Origin: an uncultured Gammaproteobacteria bacterium
Lineage (GTDB): Bacteria > Patescibacteriota > Patescibacteriia > Magasanikbacterales > JBBTQS01
Reading direction: 5' to 3'
Length of the DNA: 64,000 nucleotides
NCBI GenBank assembly: GCA_964627525.1
Contig: CAZVIA010000002.1
Coordinates: forward strand, 59,262-123,261
Position numbers and translations under genes: made by a program. This document shows positions 48,619 to 58,927 of this stretch, piece after piece. Numbering within the stretch: position 1 is the first letter of the stretch; each line of letters starts with the position of its first letter. The notes under the pieces are model-generated. The model was not told the origin of the DNA. It ran no database searches and saw only the letters and a program-made list of their open reading frames with translations.

Positions 48619-49779
48619 TTAATATGCTAAAAGTTTTTGAGGATTTGGATTTGATTTTGCCAACACTTGAGCAATTTTTTCTCCAGCAAAACCATCACCA
48701 TATGTTACATCTGCTTCTTGCAGTCCTTTTGCCACCTGACTTCTCACAGCTTCAACAATTTTATTTGTATCATAATCAACTGAAACAACATTAGCTGCTA
48801 ACTGACGTCCAGTTTGACGAGTTCCAATTAAAACTCCAGGTGTTCCAATAAAAGCACCCTCACGCAAAATTGAACTACTATTCCCAAACATACAAGCAGT
48901 TTTTTTCATCAAATGAAAATAAGTATTCATTGGTAGATTTTTGAAAAAATGAATTTCCGGACCTTCATGCTCTTCATGTTCACGATATTTTCTCATACCA
49001 CGCGCAACATCTTCAGAACCTGCATCTGGATTTGGCCACAACATTATTGTTGGCATGTTTAATTTTTTAATTGCATCCATTGTTTTTTTAATTTGCACCT
49101 CACCACTTCCATATTCAGATGTAACAGGATATTGAGACACAAATAAAAACGGCTTAGTAATATCAATTTCTTTACCTACACCCACAAATTTTAATTCCTG
49201 CATCGACTCTTCTTCTAAAATTCTTTTTACCTCATCCATTCTCGGACAACCAACAACATGAACGTCTTCAGGTCTTTCACCCATTTTTATAATTCTCTCA
49301 CCAGCTCTTTCTGAAGCTGGAAAATGTATGTGTGCAAATTTTGTAATTGCATGACGAATACTTTCATCAATATTTCCAGAAACCTCACCACCCATTGAAT
49401 GCGCAACAGGAATATTCATATAAGCTGCAGCAACAGCAGCTGGCAAAACTTCAAAACGATCCCCAATCACAAAAACTATATCTGGTTTTAAACGATTATA
49501 CGCGGTTGCCAACTCACTCATTCCAAGCCCAGAAGATTTTGCCATTGTAATCGGACTAGCACCTTCAATAATCATGTGCACTCTCTCATCAATTTTAAAA
49601 CCATCTTTTTCAATTATTTCAATCACCTCTCCATACTTATCTAACAAAGCAGCAGCTGCAGCAACAACTTGGATATCTAAATCAGGGTGTTTTTGAACAG
49701 CCTTCATCGCTGATTTAGCACTACCATAATTGGCACGTGACCCAATGTAAAAACAAATTTTCTTTTTTACAAACGACAT
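48619..49779 (-). CDS. neuC: Hydrolysing UDP-N-acetylglucosamine 2-epimerase
   Basis: GDRFE, GGEVSGNIDESIRHAITK, GNSSS, GTRQ.GR. Confidence 0.9.
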   Translation of the reverse strand: MSFVKKKICFYIGSRANYGSAKSAMKAVQKHPDLDIQVVAAAAALLDKYGEVIEIIEKDGFKIDERVHMIIEGASPITMAKSSGLGMSELATAYNRLKPDIVFVIGDRFEVLPAAVAAAYMNIPVAHSMGGEVSGNIDESIRHAITKFAHIHFPASERAGERIIKMGERPEDVHVVGCPRMDEVKRILEEESMQELKFVGVGKEIDITKPFLFVSQYPVTSEYGSGEVQIKKTMDAIKKLNMPTIMLWPNPDAGSEDVARGMRKYREHEEHEGPEIHFFKNLPMNTYFHLMKKTACMFGNSSSILREGAFIGTPGVLIGTRQTGRQLAANVVSVDYDTNKIVEAVRSQVAKGLQEADVTYGDGFAGEKIAQVLAKSNPNPQKLLAY

Positions 49780-49786
49780 AATTATT

Positions 49787-50815
49787 TTAAGCTAAATCCT
49801 CCCAAGTTAATAAATGATTTTTTGCCAAATTTTTTGAAGCCACACGACCCATGACTCTATTAATATCTTTTGGCTCAATTCCAGTTCCAGGTTTTTTAGT
49901 TGTAAGCATTTCCTTTGAAATCACAGTTCCAGCTAAAATATCTTGCTTAGTCACAAAACTTTTCTGAAAAACCTCTTTCATTACTTTAAACTTTTCAATG
50001 TCATCTTTATCAACTTCAGAAGCTTGAATCGCCTCAATAGTTCTAATTCCTTTTACTAATTCACCAAATTCTTGTGGCAACATTGAATGCTTAGCATCAG
50101 AACCATACAACTTACGACTAATTGTAAAATGTTTTTCAATAATTTTTGCACCTTCAGCAACAGCCAGAAACGCGGCGTAATTATGCAAACTATGATCAGA
50201 CAAACCAACTGTTACACCATAGCGCTGTTTCATTTCATGCATAACATTCATTCCAACATTTTCAGGTATAACTGGATATTCAGTTGTGCATTGAAACAAA
50301 AACAAATCACCGCCATTATCCTTAATAGTTTTCACTGCCAAATCCAACTCCTCCCAATTACTCATTCCAGACGAAAGCAAAATCTGTTTACCAGTTTTTG
50401 CCATGTGCGCAAGATAAGGTAAATTTGTCACCTCACCAGAAGGAACTTTATGCACTTCTACCCCCAACTTCTCCAACAACTCAGTAGCTTCAATTGAAAA
50501 ACTTGATGCAAAAAACACCAACCCCTTAGATTCAGTATATTCTTTTAGTTCTCTCCACTGATCAAAACTAAATCCCGTTCTTATAAAATATTCATAACGC
50601 GGCTCTCCTTTAAAAAACGGAGGCATTGGCGCGTCACGCAAAGTTTCTGCTTCAGAAATATGAATTTGAAATTTAACAGCATCAACACCAGTTTCAGCCA
50701 CAGCGTCAATCATTGTTTTTGCTAAATTAAAATTTCCATCATGTGTTGAACCAATTTCTGCAATAATAAAACACGGCTTATCTGGTCCAATTAATTTTTT
50801 TGTTTGTGTTTGCAT
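49787..50815 (-). CDS. neuB: Nonulosonic acid (NeuB family) synthase with SAF domain
   Basis: IIAEIG..HDG, AVKFQ, KVPSGEVTN, GLSDHS, IEKHFT, KPGTGI; ATG 50815. Confidence 0.92.
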   Translation of the reverse strand: MQTQTKKLIGPDKPCFIIAEIGSTHDGNFNLAKTMIDAVAETGVDAVKFQIHISEAETLRDAPMPPFFKGEPRYEYFIRTGFSFDQWRELKEYTESKGLVFFASSFSIEATELLEKLGVEVHKVPSGEVTNLPYLAHMAKTGKQILLSSGMSNWEELDLAVKTIKDNGGDLFLFQCTTEYPVIPENVGMNVMHEMKQRYGVTVGLSDHSLHNYAAFLAVAEGAKIIEKHFTISRKLYGSDAKHSMLPQEFGELVKGIRTIEAIQASEVDKDDIEKFKVMKEVFQKSFVTKQDILAGTVISKEMLTTKKPGTGIEPKDINRVMGRVASKNLAKNHLLTWEDLA

Positions 50816-50879
50816 ATTTGTTTTTAAATTTTTGTAGTATTTTTTGTTTGATATTTTTTTGTGCGATTTTTGCAATTTT

Positions 50880-52418
50880 TTATAATGCAATTTCCAAAAT
50901 TTTATTTGTAATATTTCCCGGGTCAATGTGCCCTAAGTATTTTTGCTTAAAACTTTCGCATTCAGAATTGTAATCCGTTTTTGTTTTTTCTTCTTGAAAA
51001 ACTTTTTGCAAAACTTCTTTTGATTCAATTACTGGTGCTCCAATTTTTTCCCACTGTTCAATCATTCCTTTGTGCCGTCTTTTGTATAATTTGATCGGCG
51101 TTCCTAACAACAAACTTTCAATAAAAACCGTTGAATTTACAGTAATCATCAGGTCGCTACACAAGATACCATTGTATAGCAAATGATCTGTATCGTCAAG
51201 AATAAACACATTTTCTGGCAAATCACCTAATTGTGCAATTATATCCTCTTTTTTCAAAACCGGATGCACCTTTATTATTAGCGCTGTTTTTGGCGCCAAC
51301 TTCGCAGCTTGCACAAGCTCTGTTCTTATCTCTGGCTGATTACTTGGCTGATCACAAAAAGTAATAATTTTATTGTACTTGTTTTGTATAAACAACTTAC
51401 CAAATTCAACGTTACAGTCAAGTTGTTGAAGTTCTGCCATTTTATCCCACTGTGGATTCCCAATTATTTTTACCGCACTTTGTTGTGCTCCTTTTTTTAA
51501 AACCATTTGCTTTTGATCTTCAGTCCAAACACAAACATTATCTTGCAAATCATAACGACCATCTGTAAAATAATTTGTTAAATTATCTGTTATCAAACCA
51601 TGCAAAACAGTCGTGGTTTTTATATTTGGATTATTTTTTGCTACAGCAAAAAAAGCAATGTCACTTGATTTACGAATTCGCGCTCCAATTAAATATTTAA
51701 TTTGATATTTTTCTAAAATTCGTTCCGCAACTTTTAAATCTAAAATTTGCCTTGGTAAAACTTTTCCAAAATATGTTTTTAAACCCGAAGCAACCAAAGG
51801 CCAATAATTTATTTTCTGAAATTTAAAAATGTTTTTTAGCTGGTGTTTATTTTTTGCATCTTTGTCCGCGTCTTTATAAACGTCTTTATTTTGTAAAAAC
51901 CATTCCAAATAATCCTGCTCATCTTTTTTCATTTCATCAAGATCTTTTTGTAAAACAAAATCTTTAATATAAATTTTTTCAGCATAATCTGGAATCTGAT
52001 TTTTTATACGCCATTTTTTTGATGAATAAGGAAGAATTATTACCACCTCTTTACCTGATTCATGCATTTTTTCAATCAAAGGAATTAGACTTTTATAATG
52101 ACTTTCCATTGTTGCTATAAAAGCCGTGCTAATTTGCTTAGTTTGTTTTTCAAAATCCACACTAGACAGACCAACCTCAAGCGACTTAATTTTATATTGT
52201 TTATTTTTGTGAACCATGATCGGACTACCCAAAAAACACAACTTTGCCAAAAAACTATTTTTCAAAATAAAACTCAAAATATTTTTTAAACGAATCCTCT
52301 GCCCCACCAATTCATTTATGTCTAACAAAAGCAAATCAGCATTTTTGTAAAATGACTTTTCGCCCATTAAACTCCTAAGTTCAGGAATTATTTTATTGTT
52401 AATTTCATTTACAACCAT
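50880..52418 (-). CDS. Hypothetical GT-B protein; candidate nonulosonate transferase
   Basis: HG, GNPQWD, IKVHP and NSTVFIES motifs; directly upstream of neuBCA. Confidence 0.55.
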   Translation of the reverse strand: MVVNEINNKIIPELRSLMGEKSFYKNADLLLLDINELVGQRIRLKNILSFILKNSFLAKLCFLGSPIMVHKNKQYKIKSLEVGLSSVDFEKQTKQISTAFIATMESHYKSLIPLIEKMHESGKEVVIILPYSSKKWRIKNQIPDYAEKIYIKDFVLQKDLDEMKKDEQDYLEWFLQNKDVYKDADKDAKNKHQLKNIFKFQKINYWPLVASGLKTYFGKVLPRQILDLKVAERILEKYQIKYLIGARIRKSSDIAFFAVAKNNPNIKTTTVLHGLITDNLTNYFTDGRYDLQDNVCVWTEDQKQMVLKKGAQQSAVKIIGNPQWDKMAELQQLDCNVEFGKLFIQNKYNKIITFCDQPSNQPEIRTELVQAAKLAPKTALIIKVHPVLKKEDIIAQLGDLPENVFILDDTDHLLYNGILCSDLMITVNSTVFIESLLLGTPIKLYKRRHKGMIEQWEKIGAPVIESKEVLQKVFQEEKTKTDYNSECESFKQKYLGHIDPGNITNKILEIAL

Positions 52419-53470
52419 TTTAAAATATTTTGAACCATTGATTTAACACTGTGATTTTCTAAAATAATTTTTCTTAACCCTAAACCTAATTGTTTTTTAG
52501 TTTCACCCGACTCCCCCAATAAAACCAAAATTTTTCTTGCCAAGTCTTGTGGGTCTTTTTCTTGAAAAATCATTTTTTCATGCAATTGTTTTGGAAAAAT
52601 TTCATAATAAGATTTATTACTTACCACAACCAAAATCTCACTCGCCATTGCTTCCAATGTTGTTTTATCAAAACTTCCTGTACAAGTTAAGTTCACAAAC
52701 AAATCATGACTATTATAAATTTCTGCAGTTTTATGGTGTGAAACTTTTCCAACAAAATCAACTCCTTTAATTTGTTTGGCAAGTTGTTTAATTTTTTCTT
52801 CATATTCTTCATGACCTTCGGCAGCAACTCCAACAATAGATAATTGCAAATCTTGTTTTGTATTTTGAGCAATTTTAAAAGCATCCAACAAAATTTCAAG
52901 ATCTTTTACAGGAGAAATTCTTCCTAAAAACAAAATCTTATTCCCGGTTTTTTGAACATTAAAATTTTTAAACAAATCAATATCAACACCTTGACCAACA
53001 ACTTGCAATTTTGGAGATTTAATTTTGCATGCAAATTTTGTAGAAGTAACAATTACATCAGACAAAGCTGTGGCTAGTTTAAAAGACCAATTGATCAAAT
53101 AATGCGCATACCACAAAACAACTTTTTTACCCAAAATTTTCCACAACAAACCACCCAACAAAACATATTCTTTATTCATGTGCACCCAAACTGAATCGTA
53201 ATTTTTTCTTTCAGCAAAAATATATTTAAAAAACCTCCAAACATATTTTATTTTTGAACGCCCACCTTCTTTTCCCAAAGACAAAACCTTAACATTTTCT
53301 GGTAAATTATATTCACCTTTTTGCAAACAAATTACAGTAACTTTTTCACAATTTTGTGCAAATTCATTTACCCAACCATGAAAAAAACCTAGCAGATCAT
53401 CGTTGTAATCAACTTTTTGACTTAAGATTAATATTTTTTTTGAATTATTATGGTAAGTGTTTGACCGCAT
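52409..53470 (-). CDS. Glycosyltransferase family 4
   Basis: LGRISPVK, GSFDKTTLEAMA. Confidence 0.88.
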   Translation of the reverse strand: MRSNTYHNNSKKILILSQKVDYNDDLLGFFHGWVNEFAQNCEKVTVICLQKGEYNLPENVKVLSLGKEGGRSKIKYVWRFFKYIFAERKNYDSVWVHMNKEYVLLGGLLWKILGKKVVLWYAHYLINWSFKLATALSDVIVTSTKFACKIKSPKLQVVGQGVDIDLFKNFNVQKTGNKILFLGRISPVKDLEILLDAFKIAQNTKQDLQLSIVGVAAEGHEEYEEKIKQLAKQIKGVDFVGKVSHHKTAEIYNSHDLFVNLTCTGSFDKTTLEAMASEILVVVSNKSYYEIFPKQLHEKMIFQEKDPQDLARKILVLLGESGETKKQLGLGLRKIILENHSVKSMVQNILKWL

Positions 53471-54548
53471 AAAAATTTGCTTTTTCCCAAGACTGTAAAT
53501 ATAACTGCAAAGTTTCTTCCTTAGAAGGTAATTTTTCTAAAGCAAAAACCCCAGCGTCTGAATATCTTTTAGCGTTAGACGGCAACTCAATCATTTCTAA
53601 CATTGCTCGCATCAACTTATCTAAGTCACCTACTTCAACAACTCTCCCAGAAACACCATCTTCAATTAATTCACCTGCACAACCAACATCAGTCATAATA
53701 ACTGGCAACCTATGTTGTGTAGCCTCAACAATTACCAATCCCCAACCTTCACTGTTTGAAGATAACACAAAACAATCTGCGTTTTTATAAATTCTAGATA
53801 ATTGTTCTTGGGTTTTTTTACCAACCAGTTTAATTACTCTTTCCAGATTATTTTCATTAATCATTTGTTGTAAAATATTTTTTTGTGGACCATTACCAAC
53901 AATAACAAGTTGAGCATGCGGATAATATTTATGAACTACTTTCATTGCTTGAATCTGTAATTCAATATTTTTTACAGAAACCAACCTACCAACTGTTAAA
54001 AATTTAAAATCTTCTTTGTGCTGAAACTTTTTAATCTTAGTGATTTTTTCTGGATCACTAAAAATAGGTACAACTACAATTTTATTAGAATCTAATTTAT
54101 ATTTATTTTGTAAAAAAACTTTTGTCCGTTTACTAACTGTTCTAACTACGTCAGCTTTTTTTAAAACAAACTTTGCTAATCTTTTTTTCCAACCTACAAA
54201 CTGAGCAGTGCCATGAACCTGAACTTCACTTGCTTTTGAAAATCTTGCCGCAACAAACACAGCTAATATCCCAAAATAAAAACAATCTTGCGCAGAAATC
54301 ACATCATATTGATCTTGGCGCACAGCTTTACACATTTTTTTATACAATGAAAAAAATTGTGCAAACTTAGATTTTCCAGTAACTGCATATGCTTTACAAT
54401 TACTAGACAACAAAACAGTTTGTTTTTTATCTGAAGGCACAATAACTGTGTATCTTTCAACAACAACAGCATATTCACACGCTCTTTTTGCCAAAGCAGA
54501 TTGTTCATCTAATATTGAATTGTCTGAACCAACAACTAAAATTTTCAT
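53448..54548 (-). CDS. Glycosyltransferase family 4
   Basis: VGRLVSVKN, SEGWGLVIVEA. Confidence 0.9.
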   Translation of the reverse strand: MKILVVGSDNSILDEQSALAKRACEYAVVVERYTVIVPSDKKQTVLLSSNCKAYAVTGKSKFAQFFSLYKKMCKAVRQDQYDVISAQDCFYFGILAVFVAARFSKASEVQVHGTAQFVGWKKRLAKFVLKKADVVRTVSKRTKVFLQNKYKLDSNKIVVVPIFSDPEKITKIKKFQHKEDFKFLTVGRLVSVKNIELQIQAMKVVHKYYPHAQLVIVGNGPQKNILQQMINENNLERVIKLVGKKTQEQLSRIYKNADCFVLSSNSEGWGLVIVEATQHRLPVIMTDVGCAGELIEDGVSGRVVEVGDLDKLMRAMLEMIELPSNAKRYSDAGVFALEKLPSKEETLQLYLQSWEKANFYAVKHLP

Positions 54549-55612
54549 ACTAATTCTTTAAACACTTTTTCATGCTCATCCACAAGAATATTCCAATTAT
54601 GCGAAATGTTTATATTTAAATTATTATTTGGATTTTTCAAAGCTGCAGCCAAAGCATTTTTATCGAACGAATCCACAAACCTTACATTATTTTTTAATTT
54701 CTCAAAATAACCGCAAGACTTTGTTGCAACAACTGGTATTCCCAAAGAAATACTTTCATAAATTATTTGTGGACTTACATCTGAAACCGAAGGCACAACA
54801 ACTACTCGTGCACTTGAAATTGTTTTTTGCAAATCATTATGATCCTTTGCATCTGAAAACCTAACTTGACCAGTAACGCCTAACTCCTTAACAAGCCCAA
54901 CCAAATTATTTTTCTCAGGACCTTTACCAATAATATGCAAACCTAACTCTGAATCTAATTTAATTGCCTCTAACAAAGTCTTAAGATTTTTTAAACGAAC
55001 TAAACGACCTGCGTATAAAATCTCATTATTTTTTTCTGCTTTTATGTGATTTTTTAAAACAGTATTTTTTGTAAAAGCATTTTCAATTACAACAGACTTA
55101 TCTTTAATATTAAAAACTTCACACAAAATATTTTTCTGCCAATCAGTAGAAAAAATTATTTTCGCACTTTTTTTCAAAACATATTTATAAATGTACAAAA
55201 ATATTTTTTCCTTAAAATTCTTAGACTCTGAATAATATTTTTCTAAACCAACACTAGTCCAACCATTATTAAAAGCTTTTTCCCACAAAAAATCTCCACC
55301 CAATCTCACAACTACCGGCTTATTTGCAGCATAAACAGTTGGAAAACCTGCGCTTACCAAATCATGAGTATAAATTATATCAGCCCATTGACTATGCTTT
55401 CTAACCAAACGCACAAATCCAAAATATCGTTTTAATAAAGATTGTTTTCTTAAAACTGAAAAAACATTTTGTTCATCTACAACTTCATCAGAATATGTAA
55501 CAACTTTTACTTCATGACCACGCTCAACTAACAACTTAGAAATTTCTTTCACATAAGTTGCAGGACCACCAAGACTTGGCGGATAAATTCCAGTTGTAAT
55601 TAAAATTCGCAT
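54545..55612 (-). CDS. Glycosyltransferase family 4
   Basis: IYPPSLGGPATY, GRLVRLKN, SDVSPQIIYES. Confidence 0.88.
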   Translation of the reverse strand: MRILITTGIYPPSLGGPATYVKEISKLLVERGHEVKVVTYSDEVVDEQNVFSVLRKQSLLKRYFGFVRLVRKHSQWADIIYTHDLVSAGFPTVYAANKPVVVRLGGDFLWEKAFNNGWTSVGLEKYYSESKNFKEKIFLYIYKYVLKKSAKIIFSTDWQKNILCEVFNIKDKSVVIENAFTKNTVLKNHIKAEKNNEILYAGRLVRLKNLKTLLEAIKLDSELGLHIIGKGPEKNNLVGLVKELGVTGQVRFSDAKDHNDLQKTISSARVVVVPSVSDVSPQIIYESISLGIPVVATKSCGYFEKLKNNVRFVDSFDKNALAAALKNPNNNLNINISHNWNILVDEHEKVFKELV

Positions 55613-56760
55613 AATGTATTAAAAACTTTTTTCATTTCAATAACAATTTTTTTCCAATGAAAACTTTTCTTAACCAACTCTTGTGCATTTTGTATAACAC
55701 TAGATTTTTTTTCATTTGAAAGTCCAATAACTTTTTCTATAACATGCACAATTGAATCTGGATTATTTGGCTCACAATAAAAACCCGTCATATCATCACT
55801 CAAAAATTCTGGTATACCACCAACCTTAGTTCCAACAATTAGTAAACCTGCAGCCATTGCTTCTAAAAATGAATTTCCCAATCCTTCAGTTAAAGACGGT
55901 CTGATAAACAAATCACTTGCTTGCAAAAATCTTGGCAAATCATTATAAGGTACCTCACCTTTAAAACTTACCCTATGTGACACCCCTAACTCATCGGCCA
56001 TTCTTTCTAACTCATGAAGTAAAATTCCACCACCAACAACAACAAAACAAACATGCTCTTGAAGTTTTGGTAAAGCGCGAATCACATCTTTAATTCCATT
56101 TTTTTCAACCAAACGCGAAGTTGTAATTAAAACAAAACTCTCTTTAGGAAAACCAAAACACTCACGAGTTTGTTCAACCTCATCTGCGTTAATTTTCTCA
56201 AAAAATTTTTCAAACTCAACACCATTTGGAATTACTTTTGCCACACTACCCTTAAACCCCATTTTCTTTCCCCAGCTCAATAAATAACTACTAATGGCTT
56301 GCAACCCATCTGCTAAAACAAAAATCTTTTTAAACCAACCAAAAGTCAAACGACCCTTAGATTCAGGTCTAGAAAATTTGTCCCCTTCTTGAAGTGTTAA
56401 TAAATAAGGCAATCCAGATTTTTTCTTAAAACGTGCCCCAGCTAAACCACCATAACTAGCCATAATAGACCACAACATTTTGAAATCATATTTTTTGTGT
56501 AACTCCAAAGCTTTTTTATGACCAAAAAATCCAAGAATTATTTTGTCTAAAAAACCAATTCCAAAACCAACTCTATGTACATGCACATTTCCAATTTTTT
56601 CTTGTTTAGCAAGTTTACGATCTAAACGCGCTGTAATTAAATGAAAATCAAAATCTTCAATTCGATCAGTGATTTCCTTAACCGCAACTTCTGCTCCACC
56701 AACAAAAGGAAAATATGCTGTTGAAAAAATTACAATTGATTTATTATCAGCTAACTTCAT
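55600..56760 (-). CDS. Glycosyltransferase family 4
   Basis: [29 protein letters not shown]. Confidence 0.92.
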   Translation of the reverse strand: MKLADNKSIVIFSTAYFPFVGGAEVAVKEITDRIEDFDFHLITARLDRKLAKQEKIGNVHVHRVGFGIGFLDKIILGFFGHKKALELHKKYDFKMLWSIMASYGGLAGARFKKKSGLPYLLTLQEGDKFSRPESKGRLTFGWFKKIFVLADGLQAISSYLLSWGKKMGFKGSVAKVIPNGVEFEKFFEKINADEVEQTRECFGFPKESFVLITTSRLVEKNGIKDVIRALPKLQEHVCFVVVGGGILLHELERMADELGVSHRVSFKGEVPYNDLPRFLQASDLFIRPSLTEGLGNSFLEAMAAGLLIVGTKVGGIPEFLSDDMTGFYCEPNNPDSIVHVIEKVIGLSNEKKSSVIQNAQELVKKSFHWKKIVIEMKKVFNTLCEF

Positions 56761-57704
56761 TTCAAACGTTTTTTAAAATCTTCAATTGTTTTATTTAAAC
56801 CATCTTCCAATTCAACTTTTGGTTCCCAACTTAATAATTCCCGAGCTTTACTAATATCTGGCTGACGACGCATTGGATCATCCTCACGAAAATCACTTAT
56901 AGAAATCACTTCACTCTGACTATTAGTTAACTCAATGACTTTTTCAGCCAATTGCTTAATTGTAAACTCTTTTGGATTCCCCAAATTAATTGGACCAACA
57001 ACTTCATCTTCTGAATTCATCATTTTAACAATACCATCCACTAAATCATCAACATAACAAAAACTTCTTGTTTGTGAACCATCACCATGAAATTCAATAT
57101 TTTCATTTTTCAAAGCAGCTACAATAAAATTTGAAACCACCCTACCATCATTAAAAGCCATTCGCGGACCATAAGTATTAAAAATTCTAATTACTTTTAT
57201 TTTCAAATCGTGCATTCGCTTGTATTCAAAAAACAAAGTCTCAGCAACGCGCTTTCCTTCATCATAACAAGCACGCGGCCCAATTGTACTTACAGAACCT
57301 TTATACTCTTCAGTTTGCGGATGCTGTTCAGGATCACCATAAACTTCAGAAGTTGATGCCTGTAAAATTTTAGCATTTTTTAATTTTGCCAATCCTAAAA
57401 CATTAAGCACGCCCGTTGTATTTGTCTTAATAGTTCTAATTGGATTTTCCTGATAATGCACTGGAGACGCTGGACAAGCCAAATTATAAATCTCATGCAC
57501 ATCTTCATTAATCTCAATTGGCTCAACAATGTCATGCTCCATGAAAATAAAGTTCTCATTTTCTTCAAAATGCGCTATATTCTCTTTAGTGCTTGTTAAT
57601 AAATTATCAACACAAATTACTCTTGCGCCACCCTCTAACAAGCGGTCACAAAGATGTGAACCAATAAAACCGGCTCCACCGGTTACCAAAATTGTTTTTT
57701 GCAT
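56757..57704 (-). CDS. UDP-glucuronate decarboxylase (UDP-xylose synthase)
   Basis: [47 protein letters not shown]. Confidence 0.92.
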   Translation of the reverse strand: MQKTILVTGGAGFIGSHLCDRLLEGGARVICVDNLLTSTKENIAHFEENENFIFMEHDIVEPIEINEDVHEIYNLACPASPVHYQENPIRTIKTNTTGVLNVLGLAKLKNAKILQASTSEVYGDPEQHPQTEEYKGSVSTIGPRACYDEGKRVAETLFFEYKRMHDLKIKVIRIFNTYGPRMAFNDGRVVSNFIVAALKNENIEFHGDGSQTRSFCYVDDLVDGIVKMMNSEDEVVGPINLGNPKEFTIKQLAEKVIELTNSQSEVISISDFREDDPMRRQPDISKARELLSWEPKVELEDGLNKTIEDFKKRLK

Positions 57705-57772
57705 AATCGATTTGATAGTTGTATTATGCATAGTACACCAAAATTAAGGTGTTTTGTAAAGGTTTTAATTAC

Positions 57773-58927
57773 ATGAATTCGCTAAATTTAGCCAAAAAAT
57801 CCAATATTTGTTTTGTTATAACTCAAGGACATTGGGGTGGTGCTCAACGTTATGTTTTTGATTTGGCAAAAAACCTAAAAAACGACTTTAATGTCACTGT
57901 AGCAATTGGTAATTCAAAACATGAAAATGACCTTAAAAACAAACTTGAAAACATAAAAGTTGTACAATTAAAACATTTACGCAGATCAATTAATCCTTTT
58001 CATGACTTGCTTGCGCTTTTTGAAATAAAGAAATTTGCCAAACAAAATCAAATCCAAATAATGCATTACAACTCTTCAAAAGCAACTGTGATCGGGGCTT
58101 TAGCAACAAAAAAAATCTGCAAATCAATTGCAACAATTCATGGTTGGGTTTCTGAAGAACCTCTAACTTCCCTACGCAAAACAATTTATAAAAAACTAGA
58201 AAAAATTTCCACAAAACTTTTGGACGCAATAATTTTTGCAGATAAACATTCTTTAGAAATTGCAAAACAAAATTACAAAACTCCGGATAATAAAATTTTT
58301 TACATTCCACACCAAATTAAAACACCAAACTTTTTATCAAGACAAGAAGCAAGAAATAAAATACAACAAATTACAAAACACACAATTACTAACAACACAA
58401 AAATAATTGGAACAATAGCAAATCTTTACAAAACAAAAAACCTCAACTTACTAATAAACGCATTTGCAGAACCAGATTATAAAGATGCAATTTGTCTTAT
58501 CATTGGTGAAGGAACAGAACGAACAAATTTAGAAAAACAAATTAAACAAAAAAACTTACAAAACAAAATCTTTTTACCAGGATCAATCACAAATGCTGCA
58601 CAACTTTTAAAAGGTTTTGATTTATTTACGCAAACTTCTACAAAAGAAGGATATCCATATACTTTACTTGAAGCAAAAGCAGCACAACTTCCAATTACTG
58701 CAACAAATGTAGGTGGCACAAAAGATATTTTAGAAAAAAACACAAATAGTGTTTTAGTGGATTCACCAACAACTACAGAAATTTTTTCACAAAAAATTAT
58801 TCAGGCACTTCAATTAAATTCTCAAATAAATCCCCAAACAAACCCACAAATAAATCAAAGTGGTTCAGCAGATTTTTTACAAATGATTGAAAAAACTAAA
58901 TCACTCTACAGAAACTTGTTCTCCTAA
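57773..58927 (+). CDS. Glycosyltransferase family 4
   Basis: GGAQRYV, TIHGW, KEGYPYTLLEA, TNVGG. Confidence 0.9.
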   Translation: MNSLNLAKKSNICFVITQGHWGGAQRYVFDLAKNLKNDFNVTVAIGNSKHENDLKNKLENIKVVQLKHLRRSINPFHDLLALFEIKKFAKQNQIQIMHYNSSKATVIGALATKKICKSIATIHGWVSEEPLTSLRKTIYKKLEKISTKLLDAIIFADKHSLEIAKQNYKTPDNKIFYIPHQIKTPNFLSRQEARNKIQQITKHTITNNTKIIGTIANLYKTKNLNLLINAFAEPDYKDAICLIIGEGTERTNLEKQIKQKNLQNKIFLPGSITNAAQLLKGFDLFTQTSTKEGYPYTLLEAKAAQLPITATNVGGTKDILEKNTNSVLVDSPTTTEIFSQKIIQALQLNSQINPQTNPQINQSGSADFLQMIEKTKSLYRNLFS

